A stretch of 64,000 bases of DNA from the NCBI RefSeq assembly GCF_009914755.1, contig NC_060936.1. One strand, 5' to 3'. This DNA comes from the human T2T-CHM13v2.0 reference genome, Homo sapiens. Shown in pieces: positions 1-13,396 of the stretch. Within the stretch, counting starts at the first letter, position 1, and each line of letters begins with the position of its first letter. The position numbers were made by a program, and so were the translations under genes. The notes beneath the pieces were generated by a model that saw only the letters and a list, made by a program, of their open reading frames with translations, made no database searches and had not been told where the DNA came from.

Positions 1-539
1 TGCTGAATTCAAAGTGTTTGGCAAGTGGAGCCTTTACCTTCACTATGCTTACAAACATGTAAACATGGCTAAGGCATTCTTTCTGTGTTCCTAACAGCTA
101 ACGTCAAATAAAGTCAATTGTACTCTAGTAAGAAAACCAAAGTTAATTAATAATTTCTGAAGTATACATTTGCATTCAAAGCAACCCATAATGAAACCTG
201 TAGTGTAATGATATACTTAGCTGAGTGCCTAACAGATGATTTTTCTACATTTGTAACCAGAATACCTTGGTTATTCAATACTAATATAATGGTTGTAATG
301 GTTCATCAATCTTGTACAAGGAAAATACATAAGAGGAATAATCCCAATCTTAGTTTGGCAGGAATTCCTACTATTTGCTTCACTAATATTTTGTAGTAGG
401 AATAAAGCTTAACACATTCTCTGTGGAACACTCAACTCATTAAAATACACAACAATTACCATGTTGCCACTAACAGTGGAAAGACAGATCAGTCGGAAAT
501 GCCTAAAAATTTAGGGTAACACCAGGTATGAAATAAACT

Positions 540-760
540 TTAGAGTCAGATGGGCCCAGATATGAGTCCCAGCTCAGTGGTCTAAGAACAGTGAGACCTT
601 GGGCAAATGATGTCCACTTCCCAGACCTCAGTTTCCTCATCTGCAAAACAAGGGTAAGAATTCTTACCCATAGGTGGTTGTGAGCATTCCATGACATGTT
701 GTCTATATGAGTGCTTAGGACAGTGTCTAGCACAGAGAAGGCTTCCAATCAATGTCAATT
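540..760 (+). mobile_element. MIR SINE (degraded)
   Basis: MIR core-like 'gtgagaccttgggcaaatga...cctcagtttcctcatctgcaaaa' followed by a MIR-type 3' end. Confidence 0.8.
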
Positions 761-959
761 CTTCTTAAGAGACTATATTATGCTATGTTCTATAGGAAAG
801 CCTTGAAAATAGGACTAGAACTCATAGTCACTGGCTTTTGGGTTAACAGAGGTTATATAGCAATCCTCTTTCCCCTGCTTCAAGTAAGCAGGCCTAGAGA
901 AACAAATTTAGGTATTTTTTTTTTTTTTTGTAACTGAGGACCTAGCAATGATTCTGTCT

Positions 960-1170
960 ATATTTGAATACTGTCACTTACTATAGCTATTTGACCTTGC
1001 AAGTATAAAAAATAAAACCCTTTTTATGCTTCAGTCTTATCTTTCAAACCAAAATAATAGTAGTATCTAACTCTTAGACCCTTAGGGTTATTGTGTAGAA
1101 ATATTTATATATCCACATATATATAGTTTGGTAACAATAATAATCCTAAGTAAGTATGTGTTAGCCATTA
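960..1170 (+). mobile_element. MIR SINE fragment
   Basis: 'ctgtcacttacta..gctatttgaccttg..aagt' and 'ataatagtagtatctaactc..tagggttattgtg' resemble MIR consensus. Confidence 0.55.
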
Positions 1171-1274
1171 TGATTAACTTTGACATGCTGGACATTAATA
1201 ATAAGTATATATAAAAAGTATAATGATGCTAAAAGATTGAGAAGGTATAGGGGAGTCAGCCCAGTATATAAAGA

Positions 1275-1304
1275 AAGATTTATTCACTTAAGATTTATTC
1301 ACTT
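1275..1304. repeat. 15-bp perfect tandem duplication (aagatttattcactt x2)
   Basis: Read directly from the sequence. Confidence 0.9.
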
Positions 1305-1337
1305 AAGAAATCATTATTAAGTATTGCCATGTGCCAG

Positions 1338-1340
<3 letters not shown>

Positions 1341-1387
<47 letters not shown>

Positions 1388-1396
1388 TGTGTGTGT
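1341..1396. repeat. (GT)n microsatellite
   Basis: About 28 GT units with one interruption. Confidence 0.97.
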
Positions 1397-2071
1397 TTGC
1401 CCTTCAAGGTTAGGGGATACACATATAATATACACCTATAAAGTTATTTGCTTGGCTTTTGAATTTTAAATAACTCTGTTATAAAGTTACACTATTTATA
1501 GTATAAATAAAGACACCTTTTGCCTCTTTCTCTTAAAATCTGAAGGCAGAGAAAAACAACTGAGTTTATTGAGTCATGTTTTCTTAGTCATAGTACCATC
1601 ATAGATATGTTCCTTTAGTTAGTTCTGTAGGAGTCCTCCCTCTTCCATGTCTCACCTTAGCTTTGGATGGAGGTTGTACCATCCCTTTCTCACTGTGTCA
1701 TATAGGATGTAGCTCATTGAAGAAGTCCCTATACTTGGAAACTACACTTAAATGTACCTTCTATAAAGGATCTAAAGTTCCATATAAGACAATGGGTAGC
1801 TATAGGCCAAGAGGAAACTGAAATAATTCTTAAAAACCCAAACCTAACATACTATGACAGACTCAGATTTCGGAAGTGTAAGCTCCAGTTTATAGTAAAT
1901 AATGAAAGCAGATTGCCCTTAAAGAAGCTGTCACTTTGGTTATTGTTTTTCAGGGCTGGGGAGTGGTAAGGTGGACTTGTAATATGTTTTATTCAAGTCA
2001 TCACTTAAGACTTAAAATATCTTTTTGCTAAAGATGACTAATAAAAATGAAATATGAAAGCTAATGTTCGG

Positions 2072-2380
2072 ATGCCAGGTGCAGTGGCTCACACCTGTAA
2101 TCCCAGCAATTTGGGAGGCCGAGGCAGGAAGATCACTTGAGGCCAAGAGTTCAAGACCAGCCTGAAAAACATAGTGAGATCCTATCTCTACAAAAAGTTT
2201 AAAAATTAGCCAGGGGTGGTGGCACATGCCTGTAATCCCAGCTACTCTGGAGGCTGAAGTGATAAGATAGCTTGAGCTCAGGAGTTTGAGGTTTTAGTGG
2301 GCCATGATTAAAGCACTGCATTCCAGCCTGGGCAACAGAGTGAGACCCTGTCTCTTAAAAACAGAAACAATAACAAAAAC
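2072..2380 (+). mobile_element. AluJ SINE
   Basis: Full Alu dimer with J-type features (gatcacttgaggcc, gcttgagctcaggagtttgagg, gagaccctgtctc), A-rich tail and degenerate TSD (gctaatgttcgga / cctaagtttcgga). Confidence 0.93.
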
Positions 2381-4268
2381 CTAAGTTTCGGAGTCAAGGT
2401 GGCAATTGATCAAAGTGGCACTATAGTGAATCCAATTCAATCTGTGCACTCACTTGATTACAGCAGCTGTGCTCCCTCTCATTACTTTCCAGATGAAGTC
2501 CAGAGCTCTCTTAGACTTCTTTGGATGTGAGGCTCAGGGGACAGTGAAAGCTACCTACCTAGGGTTCCACTGCTTGAAGAACCCTTCATCCTAACTTGCC
2601 CTGTGGTAGCAGCAGAAGCAGAAGGTCCTAGCTCTCCCAGATCACAGACAATCACTTTCTGGTGACCTGCACAGCCACTTGCCAGAGGACTGATCCTTTC
2701 CTTCACCACATGACACCAAGATGCTACTTGAGCCCACTTTCTCCCTTAGGCTAAAGGAAGCTTTCCTAGATTGTAGTTTGAAACTGTCAACACATAAAAG
2801 AACTAATTACATGCTTCCATCAGGAAAACACTTCCTACTTTCTCACAGTTATAGGAGGTAAACTAATTAAATATTTTCTACAGAATAAAGGAGTTTTGTT
2901 TGTCTTTCTTGCAAATAACACATTCTCTGCAAAGAAGAAAAAAACAGTCATCTCTAGAGAAGCTCTCTCTGTTTAGACATTTGCTCACAGCAATTAAAAG
3001 GGGCCTCTGGCTGACCAGGAAGAATCCAACTTGGGAAAATTACAAACCACATATTAACTACAGTGGTGTCAGTGCATTTTGGCATCCTTGTTTCAAAAGC
3101 AAAAACCAAAAAGCCACTCTTTTTGTTTTTTTGTTTTTGTTTTTCCTTGAAAAGCTTGCATTAATTCAGGAGGGTAACTTAATATCCATGACATCCTAAC
3201 AGTGAGAGAAAACAGTAGAGAATCTTTTTCTAAAGTCCGAACAGAAATCAGATTGTGAATATGTGCTTATGTGCAAAGGACTTCATCTGGAAAGTAATGA
3301 GAGGGAGCACAGCTGCTGTAAGCAAGTGAGTGCATAGATTGAATTGGATTCACCATAGTAATTAGTCAAAACTAGTACAGAGGAAGGACTAGAAAGAAGC
3401 AGGAGGCAAAAACTAAGGTCAGCATTTAGAGGATCTATTTCTCTGGGACAGAAAAAGTCAGAACAAATCCCAGAGACATTTCAGAATGGAACCTCCAATA
3501 TGCAGTTGTCATTCTGATGTAGGCCACGGTTGTGAGGAAGGGGATAGGCACATGATGAAAGCCTTATTGATCCTATTACTCAGTCCTGGAACTTGCAGGG
3601 AGAAGAATGATTGGCCTTCTTGAGTATATTCTCAAGAAGTAGCTCATATTCAAGGGTAGGTAAGCTGTGATGAAAGAGAGGAAATAAGGCAATACAACTG
3701 AAACATTCTGTGTTCACATCTTAAGTTAGATGGAGGAGGTGGTTAAAGCAAGGCCCCTTTTGTTATGTGCGGGACCCCTCACCAACCAATGCCCAGGCTC
3801 TGCTGCAACTTAGCACTGTCTCTCAACTGATTTTCACTGTTATCTGAACCTGTCTATCTCTCTTTTAAGGCCATATTAATTTATCATCATAAAAAACAAT
3901 TATCCACCTATGGTCACAGTGCTGACTTTTGGGGGAAAAGCTACAAGGCCCACTGATAGGATTAGGAGCAACCCAACTCAGTAAGAGTTAGTCAGGCAGA
4001 TACAGATGATGTTTCAGAAGAGAAATTCCAACAAGAAGGAGCTCAATTCCCATGGTTTGGCAAAAGGCAGCAAACAAAATGATCCTCATATTTTCTTGAT
4101 TCGATGAGGCCATGAATTGTGAAATGTGCCATATTAATATCAGATTTTCAGGATAGCAGGGTGAAGGGGAGGGAGCCACCCAATTAAAAATATACATCAT
4201 TTGTAACATATTTTCTAATTTCATAAATATTTTTAAAAATATGCATCTTAGAATGAGAAAATAAAGTA

Positions 4269-5302
4269 CAGTTGACCCATGAATAAAGCAGGTTTGAACT
4301 GTGTGGGTTCACCTATTCACTGATTTTTTTTTCAATAAATACATTGGAAAATTTTTTAGAGATATGTGACAATTTGAAAAAAACAGACAACTGTATAGCC
4401 TAGAAATACTGAAAAATTAAGAAAAAGATATGTTGTGAATGCATAAAATATGTCTATTTTATCATTAAATACTATAAAATATATACAAATTTTTTAAAGT
4501 TAAAATTTATCAAAACTTACACACACAAACACAGACCTTACACAGGGTCTGTGTGTCATTTGCAGTTTAGAGAAATGTAAACAAATGTAAAGATGCAGTA
4601 TTAACTCACAGTTGCATAAAATTAACTGTAGTACATACTGCACAACTGTAATAATTTCATAGCCACCTCCCATTGCTACTGGGGTGAACTCAAATGTTGC
4701 AAGCATTGGCTTAAAATGCGGAGTGACCTTGAGCAGTGCATCTCTCCAGTAAACTGTATATTGCAGTAAAAAGTGATCTCTTGCAGTTCTCACATATTTT
4801 TCATCATTTAGTACAGTATCTTAAATCTTGAATAACAACACCATGGTTCCCATATGTAGTGCTACTAGTGATGCTGGAAGTGTTCCCAAGAAGTGGAAAA
4901 CAGTCATGGCATTACAAGAAAAAGCTGAATTTCTTGATATGTACCATAGAGTGAGGTCTGCAGCTGCAGTCGCCCTCCATTTCAGACAGATAATTCATCT
5001 TGTAAACAGATAGCATAAACTCACAATTGATAAATACAGTACATTACTATAAATGTATTATTTTAAATAATTTTCTTAACATTTTCTTCTCTTTATCTTA
5101 CTTTATTGTAAGAATATAGTATATAATGCACATAACATACAGAACATGTGTTACTCTATTATTTATGTATGTATCGGTAAGGCTTCCAGTCAACAGTAGG
5201 CTATTAGTGGTTAAGTTTTTGGATACTCAAAAGGTATATGCAAATTTTTGACTGCATGAGGTAACAGTGTCCCTAATCCCCTCTTTGTTCAAGGGCCAAC
5301 TG
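4269..5302 (+). mobile_element. Tigger2-family (Tigger2b-like) non-autonomous DNA transposon
   Basis: Terminal inverted repeats cagttgacccatgaataa / ttgttcaagggccaactg, TA target duplication at both ends, ~1.03 kb. Confidence 0.9.
4843..4995 (+). pseudogene. Tigger/pogo transposase N-terminal HTH remnant
   Basis: ORF 4828-5013 contains SATSDAGSVPKKWKTVMALQEKAEFLDMYHRVRSAAAVALHF, matching the Tigger2 transposase N-terminus, then stops. Confidence 0.75.
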
Positions 5303-5494
5303 TAATTACATCCACAAAATAAAAGATTAAGTACAATAGCCAAGGGAAATTGGGTTCATTCTCTCATTTATTTACTTTTCTTATATGCCAGGCTCATGCT
5401 GTGTTCTGGAATTACAAAGCTGAACAAAGCAAAAAATCCCTCAGCCTGAGGTGAAGACAGACATGTAAACAAATTTAAAAGGGACCTCTGAGAG

Positions 5495-5730
5495 ACAGTG
5501 CAACTCAGTGGTTCAAAACCTGACTGGCTATGTTCAGGTTCTAGGTGTGCCATTTATTAGCTGGGCTTCAGGGTGTTACTAAACCTGTATGCTCCTGTTT
5601 CATCAGCTATAAAATGAAGGGGTAATAACTGTACTTATCCTTGTAAAGTAGTAGGAAGAATTAAATCAGTTAACGTATGTAAAATGCTTAATGGTTTTGG
5701 ACACATAATAAAAGTTGTCTCAATATTGCT
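5495..5730 (+). mobile_element. MIR SINE
   Basis: 'ggttctaggtgtgccatttattagctg...tttcatcagctataaaatgaaggggtaataactgtactt' matches MIR. Confidence 0.7.
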
Positions 5731-6156
5731 ATGTAAAGGATGCAATAGGATTAGAGCCTGTAACTGTGCATGGAAAGAGTCCAGGGAAGGCCTTGCAAAG
5801 AGGTGTGAAGAAGGACTGAAGGAATATGAATTCATTAGGCAGATGAGAGAGAGAAAGATTTTATTGTTGGGATGCCATGAGAAAGCATGTCACATTTTAG
5901 GAACCTAAAAGAGAAGATGGGATCCAGCAAATGAGACAAACTAGATAAAGTTACTTTGGATCATGAGATGATTTTGCATCAGAGTAGTTTGGATGTAGAC
6001 AACAAAACCAAATTCTTGCCAACTTAAGCCAAAGACTAGAGGAACAAGGAAAAGATGCTTTATGAGAAGGAAGTGGATGGCATACAGAAGCAAAGAAAAC
6101 ATTGAATGAGCATGTTTTTGAAAAAATCAAGGATAGTTAAAGGAATTTAGATAAAA

Positions 6157-6283
6157 CAGTAATCCTCCCTTTACCCTTGAGAGATACATCCATCTGAAGA
6201 CCCCAGGTGGATGACTAATACCACGGATAGTACCAAACACTATTTATGCTATGTTTAGTCTTATACATGCATACCTATGTTAA

Positions 6284-6290
<7 letters not shown>
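6157..6290 (+). mobile_element. MER44 (Tigger7 family) 5' part
   Basis: 'cagtaatcctccctttaccc...gaagaccccaggtggatg...ccacggatagtaccaaac' matches the MER44 left end; continues at 14275. Confidence 0.85.
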
Positions 6291-6347
<57 letters not shown>

Positions 6348-6348
6348 T
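6288..6348. repeat. (TA)n(CA)n compound microsatellite
   Basis: Read directly; lies at the L1 insertion junction. Confidence 0.95.
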
Positions 6349-6359
6349 ATTTTTTTTTT

Positions 6360-9185
6360 CAAGACAGCAGATTGAAGTCATTGTTAGCATACCTCTCCCA
6401 CTTGGAAAGACAAAATAGTAAGAAGAGATTCACATTGTGAACTTTTTTCCAAGAAGCAACACAGGAACTTAACAGGAAAACTGAAAGAAATCACACGTTT
6501 GAAAGAAGCAGTGGGCTGCAGCCTACACCGTGAGCCAGTCAAAAAACTAGGAGTCCTGAGAGTATGACAGGGGAATAAACTGCCTCTGGGATATACATTC
6601 CCATCAGAGAACCTGGCAGTCCAGGCCATGGGGAGGCCTTAACCCTGCCCAGCATAGGAGCTGATTTAGTGAGCGGTGGGGAGTATGTGAGGAGTGGCAT
6701 TGGGACATGCTTTGCATGTACTCCCAGTCTCTAGTGGGGATGGAGGGAAGCCATTCCTGATCCTACCTCATAGGTAATCTCCCAGAAATTGGTTAGGTAG
6801 CATAGGCGGTAGTCACAGGTTGAGAGAAGCTCTCAACTGAGATTCACAATATTATCTCAGGTGGGGAGAAACTTCCTTGGCCAGAACTGAAGGGCAAGTG
6901 AGAAGTGTGCTACAGCCACAAATGCAAAAGCTGGGTGGCAGACCAAGAGGTGCATGGCCTGAAAGCCCCAGTTGCTGTCTCCCTAGGGAGGATTTATGGC
7001 ATGGGGCACTTTTGGGTTCTGAGCACACACTGCCTGGAACCTAGCTAGCTGCTGCTGGTAGAATGCTGCTGGAGTAAGAACTGCCTTGCTACATATGTGG
7101 GAGCTAACCAGGAGGTTGTGAGTCTGTCCATAGGACCTGTTCATTACTACTATACCTGGCATTTGAGAAAGTAAACACGTTAAGGCTATTTATAACCAAG
7201 GAATTTTGCAAAGTCTATGTCACTCCCTGCCACCCCATCACAGCTGGTGCTGTTACCCACTGCTTGGAGACTTGAGGACAGGTCATATTACTGGCCTTGC
7301 TAGAGATTTAGATATCCAAACAGAAGAAGCTCAAAGAACTCCTGGGAGATAAATTGCTAAAAGGATATCACCAGGGTATATATTCATCAGGCTATCTAAA
7401 ATCAACATGAAAGAAAGAATTCTAAGAGCAGTGAGACAAAAGCATCATGTAACCTATAAAGGAAAACTTATCAGACTAACAGCAGAATTCTCAGCAGAAA
7501 CATTACAAAGCAGAAGGGCTTGGGGTCCTATATTTAGCCTCATTAAACAGAATTACTGTAAGCCCAAAATTTTGCATCCAGCAAAACTAAGTTTTATAAA
7601 TGAAGAAATAAGATCTTTCTCAGACAAGCAAATGCTGAGGAAATTTGTCACTACCAGACCACTTCTATTAGAAATGCTGAAAGGAGTTCTAAATCTTGAA
7701 ACAAAAGGTCAATATTCACCAGAATGGAACTCTTGAAAGCATCAAACCCATATGGCCTAGAAAACAATAACAAAATGAAACAAAAAAAACAACAACAAAG
7801 TATCTAGGTAACAATCAACATAACGACTGGCACAGTACCTTGCATCTCAATATTAGTGTTGAACATAAATGGTCTAAATGCTCCACTTAATAGATACAGA
7901 TTGGTAAAATGGATTAAAAAATCACAAGCCAAATATCTGCTATCTTCAAGAGACTCACCTAACACGTAAGGATTCTTATAGATTCAAGGTAAAGGAGAGG
8001 AAAAAGATATTCCATCCAAATAGAAACCAAAGCAAGGAGGAGTCACTTACTTTAAAGCAATAATAGTAAAAAAAAAAGAAGCAAAGAAGATTATTACATT
8101 ACATAACGATAGAATATAATGATAGAATGATTCCTGCAACAAGAAGATATTACAATCCAAAATGCATATGCATCTAATTCTGGAGATCTCAAATTACCAC
8201 TAGACCTGAGAAGAGAGATAGAGAGCCACACAATAATAGTGGGGGACTTCAGCATTCACTGACAGCACTAGAAAGATTATCCAGGCAGAAAGTCAGCAAA
8301 GAAACAATGAACTTAAACTTCACTCTAGAACAAATGGATGTAACAGATATTTACAGAACATTCTATCCAAGAACTGCAAAATATACATTCTTCTCATCAG
8401 TATATAAAACATTCTCCAGGATAGAGCATACAATAGGACACAAAACAAGTCTTAATAAATTTTTAAAATTGAAATTATACCAATATGATTTTATGGAAGC
8501 TGCAAAAAAATAAAATATTAATACCAAGGAATATACTTAACCAAGAAAATGAAAGATTGCTACAAGGAGAACTACAAAACACTGCTGAAAGAAATCGTAG
8601 ATAACAGAAAAAAATGGAAATACATCCCATGCTTATGGAGCAGAAAGAAAAATATCATGCAAATGACCATACTATGCAAAGCACTCTGTAGATTCAATGG
8701 AATTCCTATCAAACTACCAACATCATTTTTCAGAGAATTAGAAAAAACAACCATGAAATTCATATGGAATCAAAGAAGAGCCCAAATAACCAAAACAATC
8801 CTAAGCAAAAAGAACAAATCTGGAGGCATCACATTACCTGACTTCAAATTATATCACAAGACTACAGTTACCAAAACAGCACGGTACTGGTATAAAGCAG
8901 ATACATAGACCAATGGAACAGAACAGAGAACCAGAAATAAAGCCAAATACTTACAACCAACTGTTCATCAACAAAGCATATAAAATATAAATTGGGGAAA
9001 GGACACTCTATTTAATAAATGGTTCTGGAAAACTGGATAGCCACATGTAGAAAAATGAAACTCAATTCCTATATTTTACCATATTAAAAAAATCAACTGA
9101 AGATGGATTGTAGACTTAAATCTATGACCTAAAAACATAAGAATTCTAGAAGACAACCTGGGAAAAACTCTTCTTGGCATTGGCC
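6360..9185 (+). mobile_element. L1PB-type LINE-1, 5' portion (5'UTR, partial ORF1, partial ORF2)
   Basis: ORF1 C-terminus MKERILRAVRQKHHVTYKGKLIRLTAEFSAETL (7407-7736); endonuclease remnants ~7824-8480; post-RT ORF2 [31 protein letters not shown] (8549-8908). Confidence 0.92.
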
Positions 9186-9618
9186 TGTTAAAGCAAACTA
9201 AACATGGCCTGAGAAGGACTCTGTATTTCTATATCTGAGCCCTTGTGGATGAACTGCAACCTAGCTTTTAATAGGTAGACAAGACTGAAAACCTAACTTA
9301 GGAGTATGTGCCTGTAACAATAGCTGAGTTTTGGCCAATCCTAGCAGCTGTACTTTAACCATTCATACACTGCTGAGTGTTCAAACTGTGTTGAAATAAG
9401 GCAAACACCGAGCTATAACCAATCCAGCCATTCTGTAGCTCACTTCTGATTTCTGTACATCATTTCCTTTTTTTTGGTCTATAAATCTTCTTCCACCACG
9501 TGGCTGCACTGGAGTCTCTGTGAATCTGCTGTGATTCTGGAGCTGCCCAATTCACCAATTGTTCATTGCTCAATTAAATTCCTTTAAATTTAATTTGGCC
9601 AAAGTTTTTCTTTAATCA
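9186..9618 (+). mobile_element. MER57A-like ERV1 5' LTR
   Basis: TG...CA termini, near-identical copy at 13397-13847, CCAAT boxes at 9335 and 9419, TATAAA at 9480, ATTAAA polyA-type signal. Confidence 0.92.
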
Positions 9619-9620
9619 GA

Positions 9621-9638
9621 TGGTGTCAGAAGCAGCAA
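9621..9638 (+). promoter_or_regulatory. Retroviral primer binding site, tRNA-Leu type (degenerate)
   Basis: tggtgtcagaag lies 2 nt after the LTR and matches the first 12 nt complementary to the tRNA-Leu 3' end (TGGTGTCAGAAGTGGGAT). Confidence 0.75.
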
Positions 9639-12550
9639 CTGAAGTAGAGCTTCTAGCGACCCCCAGGAGCACTGAGTGAACAAGCAAGGTACCTGCAGGA
9701 CCCATTTGTGTCCACTGATGTCTCAGAGTAGCTGGGGATCATGAGTAAGTGCTCTCTCGGATTTCAGAGCCACATATTTGTGTTTTGAGCCATTGGAGTT
9801 TCTTTGAGTAAATTTCTGATCCAAACTGGGTTTGAAAGTTGTGACAGCAACTGGGCTGGGTCCAGGAATGGATTTGATCTGGGAATTAACTGGCTTGGAT
9901 CCAATTAGAGACCTCTTACATCTGACTGGGTCAGAAAGGAACTGGCAGTTAGCAGTAATATTGCAGGAGTCATAAAATACGGCTTTTGAAAATTCACAGG
10001 GATTTTTGTGTCCTACCCCTTTGTTTCATTTTTCTTGCATGCCTAAGTAGGAAAAATTATTGGCTAAGTTAATCGGGAGAACCTAAGAGTAAAGCCAATA
10101 TTTTAGGTAAAATGGGATCCTTAATCTCTTGAAAACTGAGTTCCTTCTGGTCTATGCATTAGGTCTTGGATGCAGTGAAGTCTTACAGAAATGGTAAAAT
10201 CTTACTAAAGATAACTTACAGTGTAACATTCTGAATGAATTACAATGCATTGAAGTACATCTAAAAATAAGGGCTCTTGGTAAAGTCCCCTTTGGCTAAG
10301 AACGGGTTTGGCCCTATGGGATGTTAACTGTTATTCTCTTTGGATTAATCTGCCTTCCACTCTTTGCTGATGGCTAACGGTGACAGGATTAGGCATGTAC
10401 AGGATTACAGGACATGGTGAGCTTTTTCCTTCCTAAAAGGGGAAACTTGAGAGCTGATGGGATTGCTGGAAAAGATCCTGTCACAACCAACAAGCAGCCA
10501 CCGGAACTTTTCAGTGTCGCTGCAATGGGTGGGTCTTTCTCTGGCCTCCCTGAGGTCTTCACTTCCCCTTCCTGCCACAGGTAATGCTTTTTTTTTTCTC
10601 TCTCTCTTATCTTTTTTTTATTACTCAGGGCAACCATGTTGCCCAGAGACCACATGTTGAAACTCCTAGTCAGAGGTTGGATTAAAGATGGCAGGGCCCA
10701 TCTGAGGGTAAATTTAAGCCTTGCCATTTGATATTGGGTGCTAAGCAAAGTGACAAATGTCTATGTCTTGTCAAATGTATTTTGCTCTGGCCAGAATGAA
10801 AAAAGATAATTTTGTTTTATGATGTAGCTTGGCCCCCCAGGGGATGGTGCAGCAAGTCAGGTCATTAGGGCTGCTCAGGGAAAGAAAACCCAGAAGCCTG
10901 GCATGCTGGCAAAAGGGTAAGAATTTCTTACCAGTCAGACTTCTGGCCTCTGACTCTCTCTCTGTGCAAACCAGTTGAATGAATGGTAAAAATCACTGTT
11001 TATCTCTTCTGTACAGTTTGGATTAATACAAAAAAAAATCTGAGTCTGGTCTTAAGCTATAGTGAATCTGGTGTGCTTTGTGTGGCTTTCTGTATTGTTC
11101 TGTCACAAAGAGGGGTGGGTACCTTGGGATAAAATGTGTGCCTAAAACCCCATGTGCCTGCTGTTCAAGACAGCCCAACAAACTGGTCAGTTATGTCCTT
11201 GGGAGCTTGACCTTGTAACTATGTGGCTGTGCTTTCTCTTTTCACAATGGTGGCCTGGGTTCAGGTTTCAATCCCTAGCTTAGGGGATGAAACTTTCTAA
11301 TTGATATTTGGGTGACCTTTGCCATTTTAAAATTATAGTCCCCTCTACAAACTGTCTTGAATTTCCCTGTCTCAAAGCACCTGTGAGGTTACTTTCAATA
11401 AAGTTAAAAAGCCAGAAATATTGGCCATTTGGCCTGGCTAAAGTCAAGTAATAAGAATGTTTAAAAGGACTTTATTAAAGAGTGTTATGGTTAAAAGTCA
11501 GCTTAATTAAAAGTAGATATTCAGGCTCTAACAGCCTGAGACTCCTTGGAAAAAACAGGAGGCACCAGAGACCCTTTCCTGGACCTGTTTTTCCAAGGAC
11601 TCCATCTGAAAGCCAATAATCCAATTAAGAAAATTAATAACTGGCAAATGAAAAATTTTACAACTACTGTAGTAATCTTCTGTCTGTCTAGGTAGTTTTA
11701 TATACGTATTGTGTGTGTAATGTTTATATGTGAAAGAGTTTTAACTAATTGGTTTAATAATAATAAGTGCTTAAATCAAATATTTTGTCAGAAATGTAAA
11801 AAGTATAATGCCTTTTATTTAGTTCATGTAACTTTAGTATTCTTTGGGAAGTAAAGACAGTTTAAAAGATTATTGGTAAAATTAAAATGTCTTCAAAAGT
11901 GTAAATATTTGGTTTAAATTATGCAGGTCAGATGTTAAGTTTGCTAAATGCTTTAAGGTCATAAACTGCTTCTTTGACTTTTGAAAATTGTTGAATTTAT
12001 TTTGGAGACATTAAATTCTAAGTAAGCCCTGGGGACATGTGAAATTAGCCATGCCCCTTAGCTATGCAAAGAAGGCATAAAAGAAAAGAGATTGTATATA
12101 AGGAAGGATCTTTATGGTAAATTCTGGTCCTAAAGCTAAAGTAAAATGACTGTTTGTTTAAAAGAGAGATGTTTAGGACAAGTCAGAAAGTCCAAACATG
12201 TCATAGATGGTCAATGTAAGCCCATTTATAAAAGGATTTATAAAATTACATTTATGCACCAAAAGTGAAAGTTACTAAGCATTATCATTATAACATGTAA
12301 TTGGGACTACTGAAAAAATAGGTTTACATGCATGGTGTATGAGGAGAATCAAATGTGTTTTTGGTAAGAGATTATAAGAAGGCATGAGAATGTAAATTTT
12401 TGCCTAGTTTAAAGGGTTAAATGATTGTGTTAAATTAAATAAAGCTGAAGGTTAAAACAAGTTGTGGAAGGTTTGTAAAAATTAACCTTGTAAAAGGAAT
12501 TCTATGTGTGAAAATATTGACTAAATTTAAAAGGGTATTATTTGGTTTTA

Positions 12551-12900
12551 CTTGTGCAGTTGTTGGCACTTGTGGCTTATGGAGAAATAACATCAAATGT
12601 AGATTATAAAAATTCAGTTGTAGGGGATTAATGAAAAGACCACTTAGTCAAGCAAGTAGACTCTTCATCCAGCTCCTTCTTTAATCTATTTAATTTTAGG
12701 TGGTTTGCTTTATGGGGACCCTGGCTAAGGAGCATACCCCAAACTCTTGGTATTATTATCTTCCCAATAGTCTAATAATAGTCTCCCTGATGTGCTATAT
12801 TCTCTTAAAGATTTTAAATGTTTGCATGCAGCCATCAGTAGAATGTCAAATGGTCTCTCTTCAACTGGAATGATAAGAGCTGAAAGGAATATGTGCCCAT
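12551..12900 (+). pseudogene. env transmembrane-subunit remnant
   Basis: Frameshifted peptides CAVVGTC.. and FNLFNFRWFALWGPWLRSIPQTLGIII.. resemble the class I ERV TM ectodomain end and membrane anchor. Confidence 0.6.
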
Positions 12901-13396
12901 AAGGGCACCATAACCTATGAATGATGTGCTGAGACTGGAAACCCAAAATAATGGCAACAGAGAGTGGTGCTAAGGCCCTAAATTTTGGTCACACTCTCAC
13001 CTAAGTAAGAACCCAACCAAAAAAGGTGAACTTTTAAAACAAAATTATAGGAGGCCATTGTTTTGGACTAAGCTCATGCACTAGGACCCAACAGGCCAAA
13101 CTGAACTAAAATAGAGTTACTCATGCTAAACGTGACATAATCAAACTAAGACTTTAAGGAAACATGTAGATCCTAGAACAGACTTGGTTTTGTTTTTCTT
13201 CTGTAAATAGAACGTTTCAGCAAAAAAGTTACCCTCTACTCAGCCCTTGTTCTTACCTTTTGCAAAACTCACTGTTCTACTATTTCCCAGTGGGTTTCAA
13301 GACCAAATAAGTACATTTACAATGGTGATAGTGACATCAATAACTGAAGTTTTTGTGAATCTCTCAAAACCGAGAAAATGACCAAAAAAGGGGAAT

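Larger units (their letters stand above)
9619..13396 (+). mobile_element. MER57-int-like internal region, largely non-coding
   Basis: Lies between the LTRs; PBS at the start, polypurine tract aaaaaaggggaa before the 3' LTR; AT-rich with no recognisable gag or pol. Confidence 0.85.

Noticed and set aside
7407-8908. L1 ORF1/ORF2 peptides as active CDS (also 31605, 54241, 56549, 59465)
   Set aside because: They are short fragments broken by stops, frameshifts and deletions; no L1 here can be retrotransposition-competent.
10389-10748. 119-aa minus-strand ORF inside the MER57 internal region
   Set aside because: It is antisense to the provirus with no recognisable motifs.
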